Virus record (IMG/VR): IMGVR_UViG_3300030116_007293
Location: 1-53,766 of that record
Strand: one strand, 5' to 3'
From: a virus
Lineage: Duplodnaviria; Caudoviricetes
Length of the DNA stretch: 53,766 bases
Part shown: in pieces, positions 9,646 to 18,746 of the stretch
Position numbering within the stretch: position 1 is the stretch's first letter
How the letters are laid out: every line of letters starts with the position of its first letter
The notes under the pieces: model-generated
What the model was told of the DNA's origin: nothing
Seen by the model: only the letters and a program-made list of their open reading frames with translations
Database searches by the model: none
Translations under genes and position numbers: made by a program

Positions 9646-10343
9646 TATATCAAGTTCAATGCTGTTGGTTGTATTTTTAAACTTACACCATCATTATCGC
9701 TAGATGCTGCAAAATTAAATGCTCTTTCATACATTTCATTTAATAGTTGAAATTTGTCAGGAGCATATTTAACTGCTAATTTGCTTGCTAAACCTGCACA
9801 GATGCACTCACTCCAAGTATATGGAATGTCTGTATCTTGGTTTGATGCTGTTATATCTTCAAGTTGGTTCATTGCCCAATAACTGAGAACATAAGTATTT
9901 ATGTCTGGTGCTTGCCAAACATATATTTTAGAAATATTATTAGATCCAGATTGTAAACCTTTATCAAGCATATATTGGCTTGGCTTACCAGATGAGCTTT
10001 TATTTGGTATTTGATTATATTCTTGCAATGTTATTCTATTTACAATAGTGTCGTTGCGAGTTGAGTCTGCTGAATTAAATATAACAACATCTAACAAATC
10101 AATTACACCTGCTGGCAAATTATATGTTATGGTATCTGTTGATAAATTTAATGTTGCAGTGCCAACTGTCCAATAGTTTATCCCTCTGTTTGCCCACTCT
10201 GAGAATAATAAATTTAAACTTCTTCTTGCAGATGTGGCATGGTGACCTGTCCTTGTTTGAGGATCGATACCACATCTCTCATATGATTCAGAAATTATTT
10301 CTTCAACAGTTGGTCTAAATGCTGTTGTCCCAGAAGTCGCCAT
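9645..10343 (-). CDS. Adaptor / tail tubular protein A-like
   Basis: MATSGT..F...EEII.ESYERCG...ARRSLNLLFSEWAN pattern; position after capsid genes. Confidence 0.65.
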   Translation of the reverse strand: MATSGTTAFRPTVEEIISESYERCGIDPQTRTGHHATSARRSLNLLFSEWANRGINYWTVGTATLNLSTDTITYNLPAGVIDLLDVVIFNSADSTRNDTIVNRITLQEYNQIPNKSSSGKPSQYMLDKGLQSGSNNISKIYVWQAPDINTYVLSYWAMNQLEDITASNQDTDIPYTWSECICAGLASKLAVKYAPDKFQLLNEMYERAFNFAASSDNDGVSLKIQPTALNLI

Positions 10344-10351
10344 TTAATCTC

Positions 10352-10957
10352 CTATGTAAAAAAGAATGTCATCATATCTGCATGATCAACTGTATATGAT
10401 ACACTCATACCACTAGCAAATAATAATCCTTCTGCTGGAATAGTTCTATCAACAACATCATTCGCAGTGCCAATAGTTCTTGCTTTAAATAAAGTTGTGC
10501 CAGTCTCAGGTGTGCCATTAATAAAAGATATAGTTCCTGCTGTACCACCAGATGTAATAGACATGCCCTTTAATCTTACTCTTGCTCCACCACCTATTGC
10601 TTGAGCACAAAGTGTTCCAGAGCCAACTTTTATATCTGCTGCATATTTTGCAGAGCATTCCACTGCTGAAACAGTTAAAAATAATTTGCTCCCTGCAACT
10701 GCTTCTGCCGAGCTTGTAGATGTTATCGTTTCGCTCAAAGAGTTCCCGAAAACATCTGTTCCAGTAATGGTTGTTGTTTTACCATTGTCGCCTGTCCCAG
10801 TGGTTGTAACAATTATATTTCTTGCACCACCACTTGCAAAATTAGTGTTTGCAAGAGTTGCTGTTGTGTCAGGTCTTGCTGCCTCAACAATCCTATTGTC
10901 ATCAGATGCATTTTCATCACTAACTGTTAAAACTCTTACATCAGTTTGATAACCCAT
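10352..10957 (-). CDS. Virion structural protein (201 aa)
   Basis: Beta-rich, small-residue composition; RBS; position. Confidence 0.65.
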   Translation of the reverse strand: MGYQTDVRVLTVSDENASDDNRIVEAARPDTTATLANTNFASGGARNIIVTTTGTGDNGKTTTITGTDVFGNSLSETITSTSSAEAVAGSKLFLTVSAVECSAKYAADIKVGSGTLCAQAIGGGARVRLKGMSITSGGTAGTISFINGTPETGTTLFKARTIGTANDVVDRTIPAEGLLFASGMSVSYTVDHADMMTFFFT

Positions 10958-10971
10958 TAAAATCTCCTTAT

Positions 10972-10996
10972 AAAAGTGGGGGAAATTAATCCCCCA
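10972..10996 (-). terminator. Intrinsic terminator-like hairpin
   Basis: TGGGGGA-6nt-TCCCCCA stem followed by CTTTT on the minus strand. Confidence 0.6.
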
Positions 10997-11002
10997 ATTA
11001 TA

Positions 11003-11899
11003 TTATTCAAAAATAGTCCTGCTTATGCATTGATAATGAACATCAACTGCTTCTGCTGCTGCTGCTCCTGCTTCAATACCAATATAAGGAATCAAATCAA
11101 CATCGTCAGTCATCGCACCAGATTTAGTTGTTCCTGATGTTACTGCTGTTCCACCTGTTGAACCTGATGTGCTTGTAACATTATATTGAACACCATCAAC
11201 AAAAATAGACAATTTCCTAGCTGAATCAATCTCTATTTTTAAATGATAAATAGTATTTGCTGCAACTGTTATTGGCAACTGACTTATAAAGTCTGTTCCA
11301 CCAATACTATGAATAAAATGCCATTTAGTGAAATCAGTAAATGATTCAGAGTTTGTCGCATCAGTTTGAAATTTAAAATATGCTTGATCATCATCTGTTG
11401 CCAATAACTGATCATTTGTTAATTTGAGTCCTGCCCAAAGTTTCTGATTATCAATAGCATTTGTATTGATTGAACATTCCCAATGAGTTTGGTTCTCTGT
11501 TCCCCATTTAGTTCCTGTCCATGCAGTTTGATTGCTATCTAAATGTGGCAACACAATTGCTTGATCTTGGTCTGCTCCTGCAGTTGTCAAAGTAATCCCT
11601 GCTGCTGTTGCATTTCTTGTTGATAAAGCAGAAGTCATATTTGTTCCTAAAACTTCAAAATCTTTATTTGCTGCAACAAATGCTGCTAGTGCTGAAGCAT
11701 CATCTGCATCAGGATCAATAGTATTAACAGCATTTAATTTTGGAATTTGCTTATACCATTCTTCAAGATAATATCTTCTTGCATCTCTTACACCTGCTGA
11801 AAATGTCCTATCTTGAATTAAACCAGTTGTTGTATTTTTACTTACAAGTCGAACTGAATCTTGTGAACGCAATGGTCCACTAAAAGTTGTTGTGCCCAT
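11003..11899 (-). CDS. Capsid-associated / decoration protein (MGTTTFSGP...)
   Basis: Directly downstream of MCP; lectin-like beta C-terminal part. Confidence 0.6.
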   Translation of the reverse strand: MGTTTFSGPLRSQDSVRLVSKNTTTGLIQDRTFSAGVRDARRYYLEEWYKQIPKLNAVNTIDPDADDASALAAFVAANKDFEVLGTNMTSALSTRNATAAGITLTTAGADQDQAIVLPHLDSNQTAWTGTKWGTENQTHWECSINTNAIDNQKLWAGLKLTNDQLLATDDDQAYFKFQTDATNSESFTDFTKWHFIHSIGGTDFISQLPITVAANTIYHLKIEIDSARKLSIFVDGVQYNVTSTSGSTGGTAVTSGTTKSGAMTDDVDLIPYIGIEAGAAAAEAVDVHYQCISRTIFE

Positions 11900-11907
11900 G
11901 TTAATCT

Positions 11908-11943
11908 CCTTGTTCTAGGCAGTCTGCATTTCTGCAGTCAAGG
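11908..11943 (-). promoter_or_regulatory. Structured leader pairing over the RBS of the 11899 gene
   Basis: CCUUG/CAAGG outer stem covering AAGG of the SD; inner CUGCA-GAAA-UGCAG hairpin. Confidence 0.45.
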
Positions 11944-11957
11944 TTAAAAATTAATCT

Positions 11958-11979
11958 GGGGAGAAGTTGCCCTCTCCCC
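11958..11979 (-). terminator. Hairpin after major capsid gene
   Basis: GGGGAGAGG-GCAA-CUUCUCCCC on the minus strand, then an A/U-rich tail. Confidence 0.7.
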
Positions 11980-11988
11980 TGACCTCAA

Positions 11989-12897
11989 TTAGTCAGCACC
12001 CTCTGTGCCAAAAATGCCTCTCCAATCAGTGAAACCGAAAGAATATCTTTCTCTCACTTTATATCTGACATTACCAGTTTCGAAGTCACCTTCGATACCT
12101 TTTTTCATTGCAGTTCTTTGGAAATACTTTAATCCATCAGGAACATCAGTTCTAATAAAAAATTGATCAGAATCTGTGAGACGTCTCATTACATGATATC
12201 CTTGTGGTAAATATCCACCTGAACGAATAGCATTAATGTCGTTGTCAGCAGTTCCTGTTCTTAACTGAGACTCTAATAATCTTTCAGCAACAAAAGTATA
12301 TGCTGTTGGAATTATCAATGTTGTTCCTTGTGCAGCAATCCTTAACCCACGATCATCTTTCATATCAGCTATGTTGATAAGAATAGATTCAAGTGAAGTT
12401 TCAGATAAATCTGCAGCTGTGGCCAAAGTATTACTTTGATTGCCATTACGAGTTGGGTGTGCAGTATTTAAAAGTGACACACCATCACCACCTGTAAAGT
12501 TAGAATCTGTTGCGTTATTTAAAACATTTGCAGCTTTGATCTCTTTGGTTGTTGCCATAGATCTTGCTAATGCTTTTGTATAACGAGCAGAGATTGAACC
12601 ATACTGTCCATCCTCTTCTGCTTCTTCAGTAATTGAAAAAGCCAAAGCGATAGTTTCGTGCTGATATCTAGCAGTCCATTGCTGACCTGCTGTATCGTAA
12701 GAAACAGCTGCACCTTCATTCTTAACTGGTGCTGCATCAAAACCTTCTAATAAAACATCTTCTTCGAATGCTCTGTTAGATGTGTTTGAATCGAAAACTG
12801 CTTGCCACTCTGGTGGATACGAATCATACTCAAGACCGAATAATGTATTTAATCCTGGCTCGAGTAATGAAGCAAATTGTGCTCTGTTCATTGCCAT
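11989..12897 (-). CDS. Major capsid protein (HK97 fold)
   Basis: MAMNRAQF..LLEPGLN.LFGLEY N-terminus and RERYSFGFTDWRG C-terminus; GGAGG RBS; follows scaffold block. Confidence 0.9.
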   Translation of the reverse strand: MAMNRAQFASLLEPGLNTLFGLEYDSYPPEWQAVFDSNTSNRAFEEDVLLEGFDAAPVKNEGAAVSYDTAGQQWTARYQHETIALAFSITEEAEEDGQYGSISARYTKALARSMATTKEIKAANVLNNATDSNFTGGDGVSLLNTAHPTRNGNQSNTLATAADLSETSLESILINIADMKDDRGLRIAAQGTTLIIPTAYTFVAERLLESQLRTGTADNDINAIRSGGYLPQGYHVMRRLTDSDQFFIRTDVPDGLKYFQRTAMKKGIEGDFETGNVRYKVRERYSFGFTDWRGIFGTEGAD

Positions 12898-12910
12898 GTT
12901 CTAATCCTCC

Positions 12911-13462
12911 CTATATACCAGCACTGTCTTTAAGAAGGTGCTCATTTATTAGCACTTCCATAACAGCATTTGTACCAAAGGCATTGCTTGGACTATCGTG
13001 AAGTGCAACAATTTTACATGTGGCAGCACTGTTTGCCATTGTTCCACTTATTTCAAATCCTGAAATACCAGTAGTTGTTGAACCAGCTCCTGCGACAACA
13101 TCAGCACAATTACCAATATTTGTCTGGGCTGGTGTTCCAGCAGACTGAACCTTGTAAACAGTGAAAGGATCATCATAGATATAAGCTATGATATTTGTTC
13201 CAGTTGTTCCACTTGGCCAGTATTGACTATATACATATGAGCCATCTGAAGCAGTATATGATACTCCTGCAAATACACCAATGTTATTAGTTTCAGTTGC
13301 TGTGTGTGGTGTTACAACACCATCAGCTGTTATAATGCAAAGATCTCCTGTAAAGATATTTTCTGCCAAACCTGAAGTAATGGTATATTTATTTGCACGA
13401 GGAGCATTACCACTGAGATGACGGATTGGGACGAACCCAAAAGCAGCATCTACATTTGCCAT
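12911..13462 (-). CDS. Minor capsid / cement protein
   Basis: MANVDAAFGF.P, IFTGD, IYDDP motifs; immediately upstream of MCP. Confidence 0.65.
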   Translation of the reverse strand: MANVDAAFGFVPIRHLSGNAPRANKYTITSGLAENIFTGDLCIITADGVVTPHTATETNNIGVFAGVSYTASDGSYVYSQYWPSGTTGTNIIAYIYDDPFTVYKVQSAGTPAQTNIGNCADVVAGAGSTTTGISGFEISGTMANSAATCKIVALHDSPSNAFGTNAVMEVLINEHLLKDSAGI

Positions 13463-13473
13463 TTACTCTCTCC

Positions 13474-13959
13474 TTAATTATCTTTCATAGCAGAAGGCAA
13501 TCTGCCTCTGCTGGTTGAACTTTGGCGATTCTGCTGAATTGCCATACCTCCAGTCCTTCCCAACGCATCAAGATCATTAGATATAGATTCATTCTGACTC
13601 TCATTCTTACCATTGTAATATGCCTTCATAGATTTATGTTTCTCTTCTGGCATTTCACAAAGGATCATTCCTTCTATTCCTATTGACCCTGCCCACTGAC
13701 CATGATTGATAGTTGGATATCTCTTATCTTTCACTGTGTCTGCAGGACGTGGATTCCAGCCAGCACGCATTCTTTTATACACATTGTCTGGAGTTTCTTT
13801 ACCCTGAATCGAGGTAGCAATCCATCGTTGAACATAACCAGGACGTGGAGATGGTGCGTCCAACAATGATGGTGGTTTCCAAGCTGTGTCAGGTCTTCCT
13901 TCTTCAGCTCTAATATTTTCACGAGTTTCTGATGCTCTAACATTTCTACTTTCTACCAT
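13474..13959 (-). CDS. Head-module hypothetical protein
   Basis: WKPPSLLDAP.P..GY..RWI motif; lies between scaffold and capsid genes. Confidence 0.7.
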   Translation of the reverse strand: MVESRNVRASETRENIRAEEGRPDTAWKPPSLLDAPSPRPGYVQRWIATSIQGKETPDNVYKRMRAGWNPRPADTVKDKRYPTINHGQWAGSIGIEGMILCEMPEEKHKSMKAYYNGKNESQNESISNDLDALGRTGGMAIQQNRQSSTSRGRLPSAMKDN

Positions 13960-13968
13960 GACTGACTC

Positions 13969-14856
13969 CTATCCTTTACTCTTTTGAATTTCACTTGCAT
14001 ATTGTTTTAATGCCTTTTCATCTGTAATACCTAGTTCTCTCGCCATACGCAGTTGATCTTGTGTTATACGCATCCGATTCCCTTTGTAAGTTTGTCCGCC
14101 AGCAGTGGGAGCGACAGGTTGCCTGCTTTTGACTTTTGGCTTACTCTTGGTCTCTTGTTCTGATAATAACTCGGGAAATACATTTCGTAAACGATTATTT
14201 AACAAAACATAATATTCATCGCTATTTTTATCATATCCCTCTAAATCCAGCTGAACATCTATTGCTCTTGCTGCAGCTGTTTCTCTTTCATATCCATTAG
14301 CATTGAACCAACGATTCTTTTGCCACCAATCCATTGCTTTGGCTGGAGGTGGTGTTGCTGTTTGTTGAGCACGACCAACTGTTGGTGACACTGCTTCCTG
14401 AGATCTTTGCTGCCTTTGCATTTCTGCAACTCTCATAGCTGCACGCATATCTGCTAATTGTTCAGAAAAATCAACTTGTGCTTTTGTGTCGCCTTCTTCA
14501 ACTGCTTTGGTCAATGCTTCTTTTGTAGCATTATATCTTTCATTAAACTGTTGTTGAGCACTTTGTTCTGAACCTTGCTCTAATCTTGCCAATCTTGCTT
14601 CAAGTTGAGCATTTTTCTCTTGAAGAGTTTTTGCTTCTAATTCTGATTGCCTTCTTTGATCTACAAGTTTTTTAATTCTTCTTTCTACTTTTTGACCATA
14701 TTCATCCTTTTCAGGCTCTTCAACTTTTTCAGGCTCGACATCTTCTTTCTGTGGCTCGCTTGTTACTTCGATCTCAAAGTCTTTTGGATCTTCTTTTGCT
14801 TTTATTATTTCTTGTTCGATCTGTTCGATCGCTTCATTATTTTCTTGTTGTTCCAT
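13969..14856 (-). CDS. Capsid scaffolding protein
   Basis: Acidic N-terminus, long coiled coil, W...N.WF, C-terminal QLRMARELGI...YA. Confidence 0.75.
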   Translation of the reverse strand: MEQQENNEAIEQIEQEIIKAKEDPKDFEIEVTSEPQKEDVEPEKVEEPEKDEYGQKVERRIKKLVDQRRQSELEAKTLQEKNAQLEARLARLEQGSEQSAQQQFNERYNATKEALTKAVEEGDTKAQVDFSEQLADMRAAMRVAEMQRQQRSQEAVSPTVGRAQQTATPPPAKAMDWWQKNRWFNANGYERETAAARAIDVQLDLEGYDKNSDEYYVLLNNRLRNVFPELLSEQETKSKPKVKSRQPVAPTAGGQTYKGNRMRITQDQLRMARELGITDEKALKQYASEIQKSKG

Positions 14857-14878
14857 GGTTGCGTTCTCCAGTTATCGC

Positions 14879-15283
14879 TTATAGATATGCAGTCACTTCA
14901 ACTCCTTCAGGCAAGATAGAAGTTATCTCGTCATCGTTGAGTAAAAGAAACCGAACACCATTTATTACTAATTTTTGACCAGCATATTTACCATATGTGA
15001 CTCTGTCTGATATTTTAGGAATTATTTCTTGTTTCCACTTTTGACCAGTGTTTCTGTCACGATATGCTAATTCACCAATGCCAGCAACTGTGCCATGAGC
15101 AGTTAAATATGCCTCATTGTCTTTGGCTTGAGATGGTAATAATATGCCACCTTTAGTTTGCTGTTTGATTTGATTTGGTTGAACTAGAATTTTCCATCCC
15201 ATAGGTATTGGGAGATCTTTTGCTGCTACGACTGATTTAGACTCTTCGTCGGTATAGAGTTTTTCTACATGCTGATGAGACAT
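14879..15283 (-). CDS. groES: Co-chaperonin GroES-like
   Basis: PMGWKILV, TKGGILLP mobile loop, KYAG, LLNDDEI. Confidence 0.9.
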   Translation of the reverse strand: MSHQHVEKLYTDEESKSVVAAKDLPIPMGWKILVQPNQIKQQTKGGILLPSQAKDNEAYLTAHGTVAGIGELAYRDRNTGQKWKQEIIPKISDRVTYGKYAGQKLVINGVRFLLLNDDEITSILPEGVEVTAYL

Positions 15284-15285
15284 GA

Positions 15286-15486
15286 CTATTCATCCTCTTC
15301 GTTAAATTGTTTAATTGTTTCATTGATAATTTCTGATGCCTGTTCTAGACCTTCAGCAATTCCAACGTTCTTGTGATATTGATTAAAATCGCTCATGCGA
15401 CCTTCAACCATGTCACTCGCTATTGTTGTCTTCCTCTCCTTCAGATTTCTCTGAATCATTCTCAACAGGTCTGTTACTGTTGTCAT
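15286..15486 (-). CDS. Small helical protein upstream of groES
   Basis: 66 aa with Y...VG...GL pattern. Confidence 0.7.
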   Translation of the reverse strand: MTTVTDLLRMIQRNLKERKTTIASDMVEGRMSDFNQYHKNVGIAEGLEQASEIINETIKQFNEEDE

Positions 15487-15568
15487 TTTTCAGACCTGTT
15501 TCATTTGACATGGAAACTCCGTCAACAAATACTTCGACAGATTTTTCAGCAACTTCTTTACTTGCCAT
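15413..15568 (-). CDS. Possible small acidic protein (51 aa, MASKEVAEKSVEV...)
   Basis: Open frame coupled to the upstream gene but overlapping the next gene by 74 nt. Confidence 0.4.
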   Translation of the reverse strand: MASKEVAEKSVEVFVDGVSMSNETGLKNDNSNRPVENDSEKSEGEEDNNSE

Positions 15569-15683
15569 ATCTGCCTTTTTTAACTTTTTTCTTCATTGGC
15601 TTCTTTTTCATTTTCTTTTTCTTGCCTGCATGATCCATTTTTCTGCCTTTCATTATTAAAGATTTAAAATTAGTTCTATTCAT
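15558..15683 (-). CDS. Lys-rich peptide (41 aa, MNRTNFKSLIMKGRKM...)
   Basis: Fills the gap; below ORF-track cutoff. Confidence 0.65.
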   Translation of the reverse strand: MNRTNFKSLIMKGRKMDHAGKKKKMKKKPMKKKVKKGRYGK

Positions 15684-15692
15684 TTTTAACTC

Positions 15693-16391
15693 TTATTTGA
15701 TATCTCGTAAAGCACCGAATTGTTTATAAGATGGAATATTTACAATTTCCATCAATTCACCTAATGATCCGACTTCTTTACCACCACTTTTCTTTCTAAA
15801 ATACGCATCATACATAAGCTCATCAAATACTTTAGGATCTTGACGGATTATCGGCATACCTAATTCAACTCTGTCTCCTTTTGTCTTTGGTGTCAAATTA
15901 ACAAGAGATTGATCATAACCAGCTTGTTGTAAAGCTCTGTTGCGATGACGACCTTGATGTCCTGTTATTTGAAAAATATTAGGGAATGGTGTTTGATATT
16001 GTAAATATGGAATCTCCCTTAATTGTATTCCTGATCTTATCTGATCAGCAAGGTCTTCTATTTTTTTATATGACTCATCCATTATCTGTGGACCATAAAC
16101 TGGGTCTAGATCGTCTGGTAATTTTGCAGCAAGGTCTCTAAATGTATCTGGTTTTGTTAAAATTAAATCACCTGAACTTAAAGTTTTATAAAGATTAAAT
16201 GCTTCAAAAATATTAAAAAATTCTGGTGCTTTAGTTTCTAAACCAATTATGTTTTGACCTAAATCTTCAGCCATCTTTTCGACAGGTTGAGGAACAAAAC
16301 CTTCTTTTTCAACTTTTTTACCAATAGACTCTAGCCACCTTATTGCTGTGTCTCCAAGTTCATCTAATATTAATCTGCCTATTTTTGACAT
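15693..16391 (-). CDS. ParB/Srx-like domain protein, putative internal protein
   Basis: IPYL...ITGHQGRHRNRAL resembles the ParB/Srx GxHR motif. Confidence 0.55.
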   Translation of the reverse strand: MSKIGRLILDELGDTAIRWLESIGKKVEKEGFVPQPVEKMAEDLGQNIIGLETKAPEFFNIFEAFNLYKTLSSGDLILTKPDTFRDLAAKLPDDLDPVYGPQIMDESYKKIEDLADQIRSGIQLREIPYLQYQTPFPNIFQITGHQGRHRNRALQQAGYDQSLVNLTPKTKGDRVELGMPIIRQDPKVFDELMYDAYFRKKSGGKEVGSLGELMEIVNIPSYKQFGALRDIK

Positions 16392-17464
16392 TACATCATC
16401 TCATCATCTAATTCATCTAATGAAGTTGCTCGATTAAAAAGATCGTCCAAAGAATTATCTATAACATCTGATATTTCTTCATCAGAATAACCAGACAACT
16501 TCATCTCTCCTACAAAATCCTCTAAAAGCTCTCCCATCGGGGATGAAAATTTTTGATCAGTTGTTAATTTTTCTGTGCCCTCAACAAAACTCTTAGATGA
16601 CAATTGAAAATCATCTAATGCTTCTTGTATTTGTTGTCTCATATCATCTTCAAAAGAATCTAAATCAGTCGTAGCAGGGTCAAGAAAATTATCTTCAAAA
16701 ACTTTATCAATCTCTTTAGAATTTAAATCATCAAAAGATTTAATTTCTCTACCAAATTCATCAGACAAATCAGACAGTTCAATGCCTAATCCTTCAGCTT
16801 CAAGTTTTATTAAAGATTTTTTCATCTGAGGCAAATCTGTTAATCTTAACATACTTTTTATGTTTTTTGCTTTTTTCAAAACAGGTGCTGCTTCTTTAGC
16901 AACAGGAACAACTTCATCAACAACTTTACCTAATGGAATATTTGACAATGCTCCTGCAGCAACAGGTGCTGCAACTGCACCTTGTAATAAAGCTCTTCTG
17001 CTTGTATCTGTTGGTGCTGATGATGTTTTGTTTGCCAAATTACTTAAAAAACGACGCAATGGTCTTGTTGCTATTTCTGTTAATGGATATGCTTCAATAG
17101 CAGACAGACCTAAACCAATTGTTGGCATTATATAGTCTGTTAATTTTTCTGCCTGACCATATTCTCTTAATGCTTCGTCAACTCCATATACTAAACCGAG
17201 TGGAGTAAAATCTAAAACACCAATGCTGTCTGTAATGCTATCTCCATAATAATCGCCAAATAAATTTTTAGCAATCTGCCTGTCTCTAGAGTCGCCACCA
17301 CCACCAAAAGGCAAAGCACCAATAACATCTGTTGCAATATTAACAGACTTTTCTCTTAAACTTTCATCAACAGGCTTTAATGTACCAAACTGTTGTTGTA
17401 AGCTATCAATGTATGCCTGTTGTTTTATTGCATTTTCAATTGTTGGTCCAAAACCATTTGTCAT
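16391..17464 (-). CDS. Hypothetical protein (357 aa), putative internal protein
   Basis: Long ORF with TAATG coupling; acidic C-half. Confidence 0.75.
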   Translation of the reverse strand: MTNGFGPTIENAIKQQAYIDSLQQQFGTLKPVDESLREKSVNIATDVIGALPFGGGGDSRDRQIAKNLFGDYYGDSITDSIGVLDFTPLGLVYGVDEALREYGQAEKLTDYIMPTIGLGLSAIEAYPLTEIATRPLRRFLSNLANKTSSAPTDTSRRALLQGAVAAPVAAGALSNIPLGKVVDEVVPVAKEAAPVLKKAKNIKSMLRLTDLPQMKKSLIKLEAEGLGIELSDLSDEFGREIKSFDDLNSKEIDKVFEDNFLDPATTDLDSFEDDMRQQIQEALDDFQLSSKSFVEGTEKLTTDQKFSSPMGELLEDFVGEMKLSGYSDEEISDVIDNSLDDLFNRATSLDELDDEMM

Positions 17465-18115
17465 TTAATCACCTTTTTGTAAAGACATGTTTGCTGAAAA
17501 AGATCTTCTTTCACCTTCGCCATAGAATGGATATACTGTATGGAATAAAAATGCTGGGAATATATAAAGATCTCCAACCTTTGGCTGTACACACATATTT
17601 CCTGGACAAACAGTTGTAGATGAACCAAACACAAAATCAATATAACCTTCAGTGGCATATTTTTCGTGAGTGTTTCTAGAATTTTTATCTGATATTCCTG
17701 GAGGGATCTTTAAATATAATACACATGAAAAAGAACCATTGGTATGAATATGTGTTGGATTATAATCATTTTCGAATGAACGAACAAACCAAGAATGGTG
17801 TATTGCTATTTTTTCTGCTTGTTCTATTTTTTCCTGTTCACCTCTTTCAACGAGAAAGTTTGTGTATAATGCTTTTGTTGCACTATATAAAAAATTACCA
17901 AAACCTTCAGATTTTTCTAAATCGCACCTTAACTCTTCAAATACATGACCAACCAAATCGTCAGACGCATCTCTTTCTTTTCTTTCCTCATCGTTTTTTA
18001 ATAACTCATCGCATTGAGTATTTAACGCATCTATCATATTTTGAGGAACTTTTGCCTTTAATATCCTTGGACCAAATGGTCTTAATATATCAACTTCTAT
18101 TTCTTGTTTTGTCAA
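17465..18115 (-). CDS. 2OG-Fe(II) oxygenase
   Basis: YNPTHIH, FSCVLYL, FPAFLFHTVYP, RRSFSAN. Confidence 0.85.
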   Translation of the reverse strand: MTKQEIEVDILRPFGPRILKAKVPQNMIDALNTQCDELLKNDEERKERDASDDLVGHVFEELRCDLEKSEGFGNFLYSATKALYTNFLVERGEQEKIEQAEKIAIHHSWFVRSFENDYNPTHIHTNGSFSCVLYLKIPPGISDKNSRNTHEKYATEGYIDFVFGSSTTVCPGNMCVQPKVGDLYIFPAFLFHTVYPFYGEGERRSFSANMSLQKGD

Positions 18116-18303
18116 ACCTGACCTCCTGATAATTCTCTTGCTAATATTTTTAAAACGTCATTAAAACTTTTGTCGAGCTTTTTTGCAGCTTGTGCAAATT
18201 TTTTAGGACTCACTTCATCTGTATCTATGTTTCTTCTTTTTAAAAAACTTTTTGCTGCTCTTATTTCAGCTTGTGCCACTTTTTTAATTGCTGCTTTTGC
18301 CAT
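18112..18303 (-). CDS. Small basic helical protein
   Basis: 63 aa, Lys/Ala-rich, coupled to neighbours. Confidence 0.7.
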   Translation of the reverse strand: MAKAAIKKVAQAEIRAAKSFLKRRNIDTDEVSPKKFAQAAKKLDKSFNDVLKILARELSGGQV

Positions 18304-18746
18304 TAGTCTAATCTCTTTATATATTGTTCTGGATTAAAAATCCCAATCTCATTCGGTGTCGCAGACATTCTTACTCTGTATCCCTCAAAACCTAAATCTT
18401 TCAATGCTGATTGAACTTTTGGATTTTCAAGAGCTTTCCAGTTGTCGAGTGATTTAGGTTCAGATTCTATTTTATTTTTTAGCAAATCTGTGTGTAATTC
18501 ATTATATGGGTCAAAAAGTTTTGATGTTGTAATATTTACTGGGATTAATTTTTTATTAGAACCTTCAACAATATCCATAGCTGATTCAGCATCAGTTGTG
18601 AAATAAGTTGCTCCTCTTGGTGGTGAATCAGAAAACTTTTGAATGTTTGAGCTTGTTGCATGATAAAAAATTTTATCACTAAAACTTTTTAAAAAGTCAA
18701 ACAAATTTTCAACTCCTTTTTCACCGATTTTAGAAAGTGCTGCCAT
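18303..18746 (-). CDS. ADP-ribosyltransferase-like (ART-PolyVal type)
   Basis: FYHAT, GATYFT, LIPVNI, LGFEG, NEIGIFNPEQYIK: H-Y-E ART motifs in order. Confidence 0.7.
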   Translation of the reverse strand: MAALSKIGEKGVENLFDFLKSFSDKIFYHATSSNIQKFSDSPPRGATYFTTDAESAMDIVEGSNKKLIPVNITTSKLFDPYNELHTDLLKNKIESEPKSLDNWKALENPKVQSALKDLGFEGYRVRMSATPNEIGIFNPEQYIKRLD

